Assembly: GCA_021817345.1 (NCBI GenBank)
Contig: JAKAVC010000025.1
Span: 4,454 to 68,453, forward strand
Direction of reading: 5' to 3'
DNA: 64,000 nt
Source of the DNA: Deltaproteobacteria bacterium
GTDB taxonomy: Bacteria > Desulfobacterota > Binatia > Binatales > Binataceae
In this document: positions 36,925 through 46,144 of the stretch, piece after piece
How positions within the stretch are numbered: the first letter of the stretch is position 1
Layout of the letters: the number at the start of each line of letters is the position of its first letter
Translations under genes and position numbers: made by a program
Notes under the pieces: model-generated
The model's database searches: none
Told to the model about the DNA's origin: nothing
Seen by the model: only the letters and a program-made list of their open reading frames with translations

Positions 36925-37149
36925 TCACGCGGCAAGGTCGAAGGACACGCCCGACGGATCGCCCGGCCGCTCGCCATGCTCGATTTCATCGGCGATCACC
37001 CGCAAAGCCAGCGCCTTCGCCTTGGCGACCGCCTCTTCGCGGCTCGCGCCGTAAGCCATCACGCCCGGAAGCGCCGGAATGTCCGCGATCCAGCGGCCGT
37101 CCCGCTCGCGGTCGATTTCGATCCTGAGCCGGATTGTGTCGGCGTTCAT
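36925..37149 (-). CDS. HicB-family (UPF0150) antitoxin-like protein with no adjacent HicA
   Basis: MNADTIRLRIEIDRERDGRWIADIPALPGVMAYGASREEAVAKAKALALRVIADEIEHGE fits the HicB N-terminal domain. Start taken at the internal Met. Confidence 0.5.
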   Translation of the reverse strand: MNADTIRLRIEIDRERDGRWIADIPALPGVMAYGASREEAVAKAKALALRVIADEIEHGERPGDPSGVSFDLAA

Positions 37150-37230
37150 GCGTAGCGCAAGACGAGGCCCACAAACCCGAGGGAAGGCCGGTTCCGGGCA
37201 CGGGTTTTTACCATGAGTGAGCATCACTTT

Positions 37231-37665
37231 TCATTTCAGCCGTGGATCGTCGCTCGCAAGGCAAGCCGTTGGGCGTTCAGCCTGTCCCGCTACAAACTGA
37301 TCGACGTAATCTTTGGCAAGCGGCTGACCCGCCTTGCGTGCGTCTTCCATTATAACTTTGGCAAGCCGCTCATCTTGTCGCCGCTCTTGTTCCATTCTCT
37401 GGCGCGAGTGTGTCCATGCGCGACAACCCGAAAGTGTTTCAAAAGTGCCAATCTGGACCCACTTGGAAAACGGAGCGAAGTAGTCGGGGCCCGTCGCCTC
37501 GTAATCACAGATCATCTCGAATTTTTGCCACGACTCGGGGGAGCATCTAATATCCGTATCGGCTTGGGTTGGCGCCAGCATCAGATACCAGCCGGCAATC
37601 GCGAGCGCAGCGGCATGGCCTAGCTTCATAGCGCGCATCCCGCCATCGTTATCTGTCTTGAACAT
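37231..37665 (-). CDS. secreted Cys-containing hypothetical protein (AT-rich gene)
   Basis: 144 aa with a signal peptide and four Cys. Local GC is clearly below that of its surroundings. Confidence 0.35.
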   Translation of the reverse strand: MFKTDNDGGMRAMKLGHAAALAIAGWYLMLAPTQADTDIRCSPESWQKFEMICDYEATGPDYFAPFSKWVQIGTFETLSGCRAWTHSRQRMEQERRQDERLAKVIMEDARKAGQPLAKDYVDQFVAGQAERPTACLASDDPRLK

Positions 37666-37681
37666 TGTGAGCGTGCCCCGC

Positions 37682-38248
37682 TCACCTTCGCGAGCGCCGT
37701 TCGGCTTCCCTCAGCGCCCGAAGCGTGGCCTTCAGCGCGGCCCAGCCATCCGCCACCGCGGGTGCGCTGTCTTTCGCCACCGGGCCGCCTTGCGCTTCGG
37801 CGCGAGCGTCGGCGCGCACAGAGATTACGCCTGTCCCCGTCGTTAGGGAAGGGTTTTCACGCTTGCTCCAGCGAGCCCTGTTGGCCCGCTTCGCGAGCAT
37901 GGACCGGCCCCAGGCGCGGCTGCGGGGATGGAGCGTCATGGAGACCGCGGTGGCCAGCGCCAGCTGCGGCTTCATCCCCCGGCTGCGATAGTCGCGCTCG
38001 CGCTCCTGAATCTCGCTCCACTGCGCCTCGGTGAACTTCGCGCGGGCGATTGCCGTCCCCGTGGCGTGGCGGAAGTTCCGCTCCGCCTCGGTCCGCTGCC
38101 GTGCGGGCGGCGGCTCCGGTTCCCGTTCCGGTTGCGTCACGGGCGGGGCATAGCGCGAAGGGCGGTAACCGCCCCGGACTCCGCCCCAGGAATTGAAGAC
38201 CACCATGCCGCCAGTCTGCCACGGATCGGCGTCGCCAGGGAATTGCAA
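37682..38248 (-). CDS. hypothetical island protein
   Basis: 188 aa, basic, no family recognised. Confidence 0.3.
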   Translation of the reverse strand: MQFPGDADPWQTGGMVVFNSWGGVRGGYRPSRYAPPVTQPEREPEPPPARQRTEAERNFRHATGTAIARAKFTEAQWSEIQERERDYRSRGMKPQLALATAVSMTLHPRSRAWGRSMLAKRANRARWSKRENPSLTTGTGVISVRADARAEAQGGPVAKDSAPAVADGWAALKATLRALREAERRSRR

Positions 38249-38598
38249 TCTCCATCGCGAAGCGCGCGGGAACTATGCACGGCTCTGGGCGTGAGCGGCG
38301 CGCGCGGGAGGGGCTCGGAGCAATGGGAGGGCAGGAGGCGGGCCGCGGACGCCTTGGCGGGCCGCGGACGCCTTGGCGGGCCGTTTCCGTGCCCGCGCGG
38401 GGCATTCCTGATTAGCCAGTGGAATAGCCAGTGAGTATCGCTTCGGGACTGTGGGGGATTTTGTGGGGACCCTCAATCAATTTCGGTATCGCTCGGTAGC
38501 GGTCGGGCTTTCGGCTCGAAGGCGAGAAAGCCCTTGGGGGACAAGCGTTTGACGCATATTGAGCGCTACCAAGTGATACTGGCGAAAAGTCCATTTTT

Positions 38599-38648
38599 AC
38601 GCTTGGGGTGCGTGTGGTCGCCGGTTCAAATCCGGCCGCCCCGACCAG
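38599..38648. repeat. attR core: partial tRNA-Pro 3-prime copy
   Basis: Exact copy of tRNA-Pro nt 28-76. The upstream tRNA half is absent. Confidence 0.75.
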
Positions 38649-38771
38649 AAACAATCGACCAGCCGCGCCGCATTCGCACGCCTCAGCGGAAAACGAGCCG
38701 CGCGAGCCGCCTTTTCCGGTGGTTCCTCCTGTCTCTGCTCGCCATTTCCACGCTCCGAGATTGCGGACAGG

Positions 38772-39620
38772 TTAGAAGAACCATCCCGATTCTGAGGATG
38801 GCCCGAAGATCGCGCCCACGAACCGCTCCAGTTCCAGGTTAAATTTCATGATCACATGGTCCGAGCCGCGCGTGAGGCCGAAACCGGGGCCGAGATTGTA
38901 CTCGATCCCGTGCGGGAGCTCGCCCCAGACCACGGGGAAAATGTAGTGTTGCTGTGCGTTGAGCGGGTCGGTGTCGTCCATTAATCCGGCCCCGCCGTAA
39001 AATTCGAGGCCGGGTGACAGGTAGCGCATCCAGCGATAATAGGCGCCGGTTGCGTAACCGAATTCGAAACCTTCGTGGACGCCAACTCCTTTCAACACTT
39101 TCTCGAAAATTGGATTGGCTATGAAGGAGAATCGACCGATGTCCTTTTCCACGATCGGGCGCAGTTCGAGCTCGATATCGGCGTCATCGAACTGCGGCGT
39201 ATGATGCCATTCGAGTTCCGCGTACCAGCCGAGGTCAACGGGCAGGACCTCCGGGTCAAATAGCCGCCCACGCAAGCGGTATTCCGAGCCGGCGTACCAG
39301 TATCCATGTCCGCTCGGCGAAGCCATTAGAAGATAAGCTGAGGCTTCGATCCGATCGGTCAGCCCGTAAGTGAGTTCGTACTGGTTGTACCACATCCCTT
39401 GGCTACGGAAGGTTCCGGCGGCGGTGCCTTCGCCTCCTTTGCTGTGCCCGTTGGCGATAACAGCGTTGTCGGTCTCCAGCTCCATCGTGCCGCGGCTCTC
39501 AGTGGCGTAGGGGTAGACCTCAAATTCCCATGGATCCACCTGAGCCCGAACGCTGCTCGCGCCCAGAACAGCGGTGAACAGCAAGGCTCCCATCCCAACT
39601 AATCGCAGAAGATTCTTCAT
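38772..39620 (-). CDS. putative outer-membrane beta-barrel protein (MetA/phenol-pathway-like transporter family?)
   Basis: Signal peptide, alternating aromatic/Gly-rich strands, C-terminal ...GWFF (terminal Phe). Confidence 0.4.
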   Translation of the reverse strand: MKNLLRLVGMGALLFTAVLGASSVRAQVDPWEFEVYPYATESRGTMELETDNAVIANGHSKGGEGTAAGTFRSQGMWYNQYELTYGLTDRIEASAYLLMASPSGHGYWYAGSEYRLRGRLFDPEVLPVDLGWYAELEWHHTPQFDDADIELELRPIVEKDIGRFSFIANPIFEKVLKGVGVHEGFEFGYATGAYYRWMRYLSPGLEFYGGAGLMDDTDPLNAQQHYIFPVVWGELPHGIEYNLGPGFGLTRGSDHVIMKFNLELERFVGAIFGPSSESGWFF

Positions 39621-39636
39621 AGAGGGCCTTTCACAC

Positions 39637-40098
39637 TTATTGTTGTTTCCGCGGCGAGGACGTCGTCAGAACAGACTCGACCCAGCGTTCCAGCGCGGCC
39701 CGATCGGCGTTGGTAAGGCGGGCGCCAGGATGCATCAGCCGATAGGGCCAGGGCGGCATGTTCTCTTCGCGCACCGCCCGTCCCATCCATTCGAGCTTTC
39801 TCCGCCGAGTAGCGGGGTAGTAGCTCCTCCACTCGGAAAAGTTGATTTCCTTGCGCCCGAGGTCCACGTCGCGAACGATGAGCCACGACAGGGGAGCCAC
39901 ATGGCTGTACCAGGGCCAGTGACTCTCGTTGGAATGGCAGTCGTAGCAGGCGCGCTTTAGAACTTCGTCGATCCGCGGCGGAGCGAGTAACTTGCCATGG
40001 GACGGCGGATTAGTTCTTTGTGCCGGGACAAACTGGATTCCGGCCAGCACCGCCACTGTCACGAATGCCACTGCCCGAGGGATTCGTGATGAAGTCAC
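39637..40098 (-). CDS. haem-binding-domain protein
   Basis: CYDCHSNESHWPWYSHVAPLSWLI...EINFSEW matches the haem-binding domain family (CxxCH present). Confidence 0.5.
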   Translation of the reverse strand: MTSSRIPRAVAFVTVAVLAGIQFVPAQRTNPPSHGKLLAPPRIDEVLKRACYDCHSNESHWPWYSHVAPLSWLIVRDVDLGRKEINFSEWRSYYPATRRRKLEWMGRAVREENMPPWPYRLMHPGARLTNADRAALERWVESVLTTSSPRKQQ

Positions 40099-40145
40099 AA
40101 TCCGCAGCCCGCGCCAGCGACCACGCGACCGGTTGCCGACCCACC

Positions 40146-40529
40146 CTACTTCGCCACGATTGCGCCCTCGGGCACGTCCTGATGGAAGTCGTCATAGAAG
40201 TCGTAGCGGCCGGGGCCGAGCGCCGGCAGGCGGACCGTAATCGTCTCGCCCGGCGTCATCGCAACTTCGCGGTTGAGCTTGAAGCTCTCGAACTCGATGG
40301 TTTCCTTGCTGGCGTTGATAACTTTGAGAACGACAGGTTTTCCCGCCGTAACCTCGACTGTTTGAGGTATGAAGTGATGGTTCTCGAAGCGGATTTCCTG
40401 GCCGCCCATCGCCCGTGACGGGCTTGGAAAAAGGAAGCTGGCGCTAATCCCCAGGAAGGCGATGGTCAGCGTAAATCGTGGAAGGTTCATATTTTCTGGT
40501 GCCTCCATGATTTTGAGAATAATTCTCAA
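40146..40529 (-). CDS. cupredoxin-like domain protein
   Basis: Signal peptide, then EIRFENHHFIPQTVEVTAGKPVVLKVINASKETIEFES, a plastocyanin-like fold without an obvious complete Cu site. Confidence 0.45.
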   Translation of the reverse strand: MRIILKIMEAPENMNLPRFTLTIAFLGISASFLFPSPSRAMGGQEIRFENHHFIPQTVEVTAGKPVVLKVINASKETIEFESFKLNREVAMTPGETITVRLPALGPGRYDFYDDFHQDVPEGAIVAK

Positions 40530-40959
40530 TATCGTTACACTCAGCCCCTGTCAAGAGCGGATGAGGATCGCGCGAGTTGGCCGACGAACGGCTGGGATCA
40601 ACTTGATGGGAGGTCAATTCACGCTTAGTGGCGCATAGGGTCCGGAGGGTCATGATCGAGGAACACGGATTCGGATCTCCAGCGTAAAATGCGATCGAAC
40701 AACTCGGCCGCATTGACAAATTCGGATAGCTCGTCCGCGCGCTGGCGGGCGGGAAATCTCGGATGGGGGCGTGGCGGCTACGGTGAAATCGGCGAGGTTA
40801 GCCTATCTCCCGAATCGCATCGCATCTGTGGACGGAGCGCGCGTTTTAGCGCAGAGTCTCCTCAATTCCTTCCGGCGAAACGACGCGCCGCGAACGTCGG
40901 GTCACGGCTCGCGCCGCCGCCATTACTTTGTCGCCGGAAAACCTGGGAGAGATGACGCG

Positions 40960-41739
40960 ATGGAATATCTGGTTCGTGACGGGGTCAAGCTTTACTACGA
41001 CATGGGCGGAAGGGGCTCGCCGCCTATTGTTTTCGTGCACGGATGGACCTGCAATCATACCTACTTCGCGCCGCAGCAGAAGTATTTCGCCAAGCGCCAT
41101 CGCGTCGTATCGGTCGATCTTCGCGGACATGGCAAAAGCGGCAAACCCGAGCAGCAGTACTCGATCGCCGGCTTCGCCGACGACCTCGCGTGGATGTGCG
41201 GCGAGCTTGGGCTCAAGAAGCCGGTCGTCGTTGGCCATAGCATGGGCGGGATGGTCGCGCTTGAGCTGGCTGGCTCGCATCCCGACGTTCCGAGTACAAT
41301 CGTGACGTGCGATTCGCCGATCGTGGTCCCCGCTCAACTTGCAACGAATATGGCCGCGACACTCGAACAGTTCCACAAGCCCAACTGGCGCAAGGCGCAT
41401 CGGGCCTTTATCGCCGATGCGCTCTTCATCCCGAGCGACGACCCCAAGCGCAAGGAGCGCATCCTGAAGGATATGACCTCTGCGCCCGATCACGTGACGG
41501 TCGGATGCTTCGACGCGATCGCCCAAGCCGACACCGAAGGCGCGGCGCGCAAGTGCAAGGTGCCGTTCCTGAACATTCTTGCAACAAACCCGCTATGCGA
41601 CGTCGCGCGGCTGCGCGAGCTATGTCCGTCCGTGGTGATCGGCCAGACGGTTGGCGCGGGCCATTTCCATCAACTCGAGGTGCCCGATCAGGTCAATGCA
41701 ATGATCGAGCGCTTCCTGAAGGTCTCGGGCGTCAAATGA
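40960..41739 (+). CDS. alpha/beta-fold hydrolase
   Basis: PIVFVHGW..., GHSMGG nucleophile elbow, and a C-terminal GAGHFHQLE. Start taken at the internal MEYL. Confidence 0.65.
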   Translation: MEYLVRDGVKLYYDMGGRGSPPIVFVHGWTCNHTYFAPQQKYFAKRHRVVSVDLRGHGKSGKPEQQYSIAGFADDLAWMCGELGLKKPVVVGHSMGGMVALELAGSHPDVPSTIVTCDSPIVVPAQLATNMAATLEQFHKPNWRKAHRAFIADALFIPSDDPKRKERILKDMTSAPDHVTVGCFDAIAQADTEGAARKCKVPFLNILATNPLCDVARLRELCPSVVIGQTVGAGHFHQLEVPDQVNAMIERFLKVSGVK

Positions 41740-41974
41740 ATTCTCATTTGGACATGCGGACGCAACTGCGTGCGCCCCGATTTAGCGATTCCTTTCCGCT
41801 GGATTCTTCGTTAATTGTGGCATATGCCTGCGAAAGGGGCGTCTGGCGGCTCGGTTTCGACGTTTTTGCGGAATTTTTTACTTACGATATGCGGCATTTC
41901 CTGACCATCTCGGGCACATAGGGCTGCTGACTGGGGAAGATTCACTTATGCTTTGTTAAGCAAGAACTGCTTGC

Positions 41975-42496
41975 GTGTTACGGGGCATGGCTCTTGCTGG
42001 GATTACAGACATGGCCAATCTCCAGCAAAAAAAGTTGATTGGAGGGTCGCGGGTCGTATATCCGCGCTATTTGCACGCATGGATACACACCAAGCACGGC
42101 GCTTTGGCGCTCTCGCGCTTGGGGCTGCCGGCGTGCCTGTCGATCGCGTATATGCATCCGACGGCACTGTGGGTTCACGAATTGCCCATACGGATTGGCG
42201 TGTTGGGATGGCTGCTTTCGGTCGTGGGCGCGCTCGGATGGTTGATGCTTGGGTGGGCCATCTATCGCACCAGTCCGCTCGCGGCGGCCGTCGCATTACT
42301 GCTCTATGTATCCTCGCGCGCGGGCCACGTGGCGTACGCACTAAGCGGTCCTGGAAGAGCCGAAGGAATCATCCAGCTCGTGGTCACGGCCACACTTACA
42401 GCGATGCTGATGGCTTCCGCTTACGGAAGCTTCCAGTACCGGCGGCGGATGCGCCGGAAGCAGGACGAAACCGAGGGGCTCTTTCCTGATGGATAA
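41975..42496 (+). CDS. hypothetical membrane protein
   Basis: 173 aa with 3-4 hydrophobic helices. Start uncertain. Confidence 0.3.
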   Translation: MLRGMALAGITDMANLQQKKLIGGSRVVYPRYLHAWIHTKHGALALSRLGLPACLSIAYMHPTALWVHELPIRIGVLGWLLSVVGALGWLMLGWAIYRTSPLAAAVALLLYVSSRAGHVAYALSGPGRAEGIIQLVVTATLTAMLMASAYGSFQYRRRMRRKQDETEGLFPDG

Positions 42497-42555
42497 TCAA
42501 ACGGCGCGGCGGGAACTCCCGCCGCGCCGTTGCGTGCTTCGGCCGTAGCCGCGAA

Positions 42556-43893
42556 TCAGAGCGCGGCAAGCGCCTCGGCGTTGGCAACCGGTTCAGGCTC
42601 GGAGGATGCCGCAAGCGGCGTCGATCCCGGAGCGCGCTCGAACGGATCCACCAGGTCCAGTTCCTTGCCGATCTCGCGGACCCTCGGCATGACCTCCTTG
42701 CCAAGCAGCTCGACACATCGCATCCGGTCCTTCGGCGGAATCGGACCGTCGATCCAGAACGAAAATATTCCCGGGCGCAGCACTTCGAGCACCTTGCGAA
42801 GCTGCGGGATGACCGAATCAGGCGTTCCCGCGATCATCTGCAGATCCTTGCGCGACTGCGGATAGCCTTCGTAGATGGCCTTTCGTATCGCTTCGATCTG
42901 CGCGTCATCTTCGTCGCCGCCGGCCGCGTGGATCGGCTTTCCGGGAAGGTTGGGCCCGTTATTGAGCCTGGCGAGCCGGCGGGTCGCCTCCTTGGAGTTG
43001 TATCCCGGCGGGAACATCCATTCCGGACGCGCGAAATGGGCGAACGCGCCGCCGAACATGAAGCGCTTGCCGAGTTCCTCGGCCTTCTCCTGCGTGTCGG
43101 CCACGAACACCGGCTGCAGGTAGCCGAAATTCTCGGTCCCCGCCTGATAGCCTTCGCGCGCCGCCTGCTGCGTGTACATGTTCCAGAGCTCGACCGTTGG
43201 TTCGAGCTTGGTCGCCAGCGCCACGTACGGGAAACGCTTCTGCGCGCACCACTTGACCGTGTCGGGGCTGACCAGGCCGGGAATCCAGATGGGCGGATGC
43301 GGCTTCTGCAGCGGCAGCACCCACGGATTGACGAAGCGGAAGTGGAAATGCTTGCCCTCGTAGCGGAACGGCCCGGGCTGCGTCCACGCCTTGATGATCA
43401 AATCGATTCCTTCCTCGAACAACTCGCGATTGTTCGCCGGATTGGCGTTGTTGGCAAACTGCTCGCTGCCCGCGCCGCGCACCCATCCGGGCACCAGCCG
43501 TCCGCGCGAGATGAGATCGATCATCGCGAGTTCCTCGGCCAGCCTGACTGGATTGCCAACGGTCGGAACCGGGTTGCCGAGAAGAACGATTTTCACGCGC
43601 CGGGTGGTCTTGGCGAGCACCGCCGCCTCGACGTCCATCACAGCGCCCAGGCAGAATGGCGTGCCGTGATGCTCGTTCAGCATCACGCCGTCGAATCCGA
43701 GTTCGTCGGAATAGATTTTCTCGTCGAGAAACTGGTTGAGAAGCTCGGAGCCGAGTTTCGCGTCGAACAGCTCGTTGCGAAGCCCGAAGAAGCTCCGATG
43801 CCTGATTACCTCGGTTTCGAGTTCGCGAAGTTTTTCCGGCTCCTTTTCCGGGTCGTAATGATACGACCGCTCCGTAAACCACATTATGTGCAT
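42556..43893 (-). CDS. LLM-class flavin-dependent monooxygenase/oxidoreductase
   Basis: 445 aa with a luciferase-like TIM-barrel pattern (GFDGVMLNEHH, IDLISRGRL). Confidence 0.6.
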   Translation of the reverse strand: MHIMWFTERSYHYDPEKEPEKLRELETEVIRHRSFFGLRNELFDAKLGSELLNQFLDEKIYSDELGFDGVMLNEHHGTPFCLGAVMDVEAAVLAKTTRRVKIVLLGNPVPTVGNPVRLAEELAMIDLISRGRLVPGWVRGAGSEQFANNANPANNRELFEEGIDLIIKAWTQPGPFRYEGKHFHFRFVNPWVLPLQKPHPPIWIPGLVSPDTVKWCAQKRFPYVALATKLEPTVELWNMYTQQAAREGYQAGTENFGYLQPVFVADTQEKAEELGKRFMFGGAFAHFARPEWMFPPGYNSKEATRRLARLNNGPNLPGKPIHAAGGDEDDAQIEAIRKAIYEGYPQSRKDLQMIAGTPDSVIPQLRKVLEVLRPGIFSFWIDGPIPPKDRMRCVELLGKEVMPRVREIGKELDLVDPFERAPGSTPLAASSEPEPVANAEALAAL

Positions 43894-43911
43894 CGCGCCA
43901 CCTCCGGGTGA

Positions 43912-44709
43912 TTAGGCAAGAAACTCGTTTACCTGGGCCACGAACTCCGAGGTCTTTTCGACTTCGGGGCGATGGCCGCAATTGTCGAATACGACCAGGC
44001 GGGAATCCTTGAGCGCCCGCTGATAAACTTCGCCCGCCGAAAGCGGAACCACGCCATCCTCGCGTCCCCAGAGAAGGAGCGTCGGCAGTCCGCTCACTCC
44101 TTCGAGCAGATGGGGCAGACTCGGATTATGCATGTAGGGCTGCCAGGCAAGCCGCGCCACTTCGGCCCGCGCGTCCTCAAACGCCTCGAACTGCTCGGGA
44201 GTCTCGTCGCCGCCGAACAGCGCGCCGAACTCCGCCGTCGCGGCCGGATTCCTGACGCTCGCGCTGAGATAAACCCGAGCGGGCGTAACGAACATGTCGC
44301 GCAACTCGCCGTTCGGCGGACGGATGCCGGTCGGTGCGACCAGCACCATCCTGCGAAACAGGTTCGGATCATTCGCCGCCATCTCGGCCGCGACCCATCC
44401 GCCAAAGGAAAAGCCGATCACGTCGATCCCGGCGAGCTTTTGCTCGCGCAGGTATCGGGAATGGAAGCCCGCCAGATCGCGGACGCTGGAAATCCATTCC
44501 GCCTTTTCGGTGCGGCCGAAACCCGGATGCATCGGGATGAGGAGCGTGCGATTCTTCGCCATCTCCGCGTTCCACCTGAGCCATCCGGGAAAGCCCAGCT
44601 CCTCGTGCAGGACGAGAAGCGGTTTTCCGCTTCCGCCCTTCAGTACGACCAGGCTGGTAGCGCCGACCTTGACGGTTTCCTCGGTAAATCCGGAAACTTT
44701 CTCTGCCAT
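43912..44709 (-). CDS. alpha/beta-fold hydrolase
   Basis: GFSFGG nucleophile elbow, C-terminal CGHRP; 265 aa. Confidence 0.65.
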   Translation of the reverse strand: MAEKVSGFTEETVKVGATSLVVLKGGSGKPLLVLHEELGFPGWLRWNAEMAKNRTLLIPMHPGFGRTEKAEWISSVRDLAGFHSRYLREQKLAGIDVIGFSFGGWVAAEMAANDPNLFRRMVLVAPTGIRPPNGELRDMFVTPARVYLSASVRNPAATAEFGALFGGDETPEQFEAFEDARAEVARLAWQPYMHNPSLPHLLEGVSGLPTLLLWGREDGVVPLSAGEVYQRALKDSRLVVFDNCGHRPEVEKTSEFVAQVNEFLA

Positions 44710-44837
44710 CCAACTAATGTCCCCGCGCGTCTGGTGGGAAGCGGCGAAGCGACGCGCTAAAAAGAGCAGCTACCACAGATTTCGGCAGTTTTACAAACCA
44801 ACCAATCGGTTGATCGGCGGAAAGGGCCGACGTTTTT

Positions 44838-45992
44838 TCAGCCCGGCGCGCGCTCGCCGAGCGCGTCGCGAATCGAGCGATGGAAATGCTCCAGCGCGGG
44901 CTCGAAACGCCCATAAATCACTTCGCCGACCGCTCCCGATTCGAAATTCCGCTGGATTTGTTCTCCCACCGCGAAATCTTCCTCAACGACGCCGAGCAGC
45001 AGCTCCATCACGCGGCTCCACTGACGCTCGGGCGCGCCCGCCGTATTCCTGCGCGGCACCAGCACGTTCACTTCGGTGATCGATTCGTCCGCTCTTCCCG
45101 GCGCGGGAAAGATCCTGAAGACTTCCAGATGGTCGCTCTGCATCACCGCGACCGTGTTCGGGAACAGGTTCATCAGGATCGTCGCGTGCGGCAGCAGGTC
45201 CCATTCGTTCTCGGGCCGCCCGCGCAGCTTTTCGATCGAAGTGCGCACTCCGACCAGCCGGTGGTTCTTCCCGAACGGCTCGAACAGGGCGAGATTGCGC
45301 ACGAAGAGCGGCGCTATCGTCGCGCGATGGAGCACCTTGATGTGGTAGCCCTCCCAGAACGTGTCGCTCACGAGCTTCCAGTTCATCGGTCTTCGGAGCA
45401 CGCGCCGCTCGTAAAGTTCGAACGAATCGAGCCGATACGATTCCAGGTCCTCGGCGAGGCCGCCGAGGTGCTCGTCGATTTCGAATCGCGCGCCCGGCTT
45501 CGCGATCGCCCATACCATCCCGTATTTCTCCGCGACCGGAAACTCGACCAACCCGCATCGCTCGCGCTCGAGCCCCGCAAATCCGTACTCGTCGGGAATC
45601 GCGCGCAAGCGCCCGTCGGTGTCGTACGACCATGCGTGATACGGGCATGTGAAGCGCACTGCGCCGTGGCCCGTCCCCTGAACCAGGCGCGCGCCGCGAT
45701 GGCGGCAGATATTGGCGAACGCGCGCAGTTCGCCGCGCTCATTGCGTACGACCAGCGTCGGCATAGGCGAGAGATCGTCCGCTGCGTAATCGCCCGGCGC
45801 GCGAAACTCGGAGCTGAATCCGACCACTATCGGATAACCACCGAACAGGATTTCGCGTTCCATCGCCGCGCGCCGCGGGTCGGTGTAAACGCTGGCGCGA
45901 TTCTTCGTGAAGGTCTCGGCAAGCGGCGGCGAGCCGCGCTCGATCGCCGCGAGCGCCTCGCGGATAAGCCTGACCTGAGTCGGATGCTTCAT
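44838..45992 (-). CDS. Rieske [2Fe-2S] non-haem-iron oxygenase, alpha subunit-like
   Basis: CRHRGARL...CPYHAW Rieske motif and a downstream mononuclear Fe-binding region. Start at the internal MKHPTQ. No reductase or ferredoxin partner in the window. Confidence 0.65.
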   Translation of the reverse strand: MKHPTQVRLIREALAAIERGSPPLAETFTKNRASVYTDPRRAAMEREILFGGYPIVVGFSSEFRAPGDYAADDLSPMPTLVVRNERGELRAFANICRHRGARLVQGTGHGAVRFTCPYHAWSYDTDGRLRAIPDEYGFAGLERERCGLVEFPVAEKYGMVWAIAKPGARFEIDEHLGGLAEDLESYRLDSFELYERRVLRRPMNWKLVSDTFWEGYHIKVLHRATIAPLFVRNLALFEPFGKNHRLVGVRTSIEKLRGRPENEWDLLPHATILMNLFPNTVAVMQSDHLEVFRIFPAPGRADESITEVNVLVPRRNTAGAPERQWSRVMELLLGVVEEDFAVGEQIQRNFESGAVGEVIYGRFEPALEHFHRSIRDALGERAPG

Positions 45993-46144
45993 GCGATCCT
46001 GTCCCCCGTCTTCGCCCGGATAGCGGCGCGCGATTATGCGCGAGCATCGGCTCGCAGGGCAAAAATCCCCGCCGGGCGAGCCGTCGCGCTCGTCCATATC
46101 GGCCTACAACATTGTTCCGGCCATCGCTATAATATTGTGGTCCT

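Larger units (their letters stand above)
30850..38648. mobile_element. about 7.8 kb tRNA-Pro-integrated element (integrase, excisionase, primase; P4-like satellite or integrative mobilizable element architecture)
   Basis: A tyrosine integrase lies next to an intact tRNA. A 49-bp direct repeat of the tRNA 3-prime end sits 7.8 kb away. An excisionase and a primase lie between them. There is an internal AT-rich segment at 37200-37700. Confidence 0.7.

Noticed and set aside
37150-37227. Possibility that the ORF-track N-terminal extension of the HicB-like gene (MMLTHGKNPCPEP...) is a fused HicA
   Set aside because: The 26 extra residues have no resemblance to the HicA dsRBD-like fold and are too short. 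Taken as 5-prime UTR.
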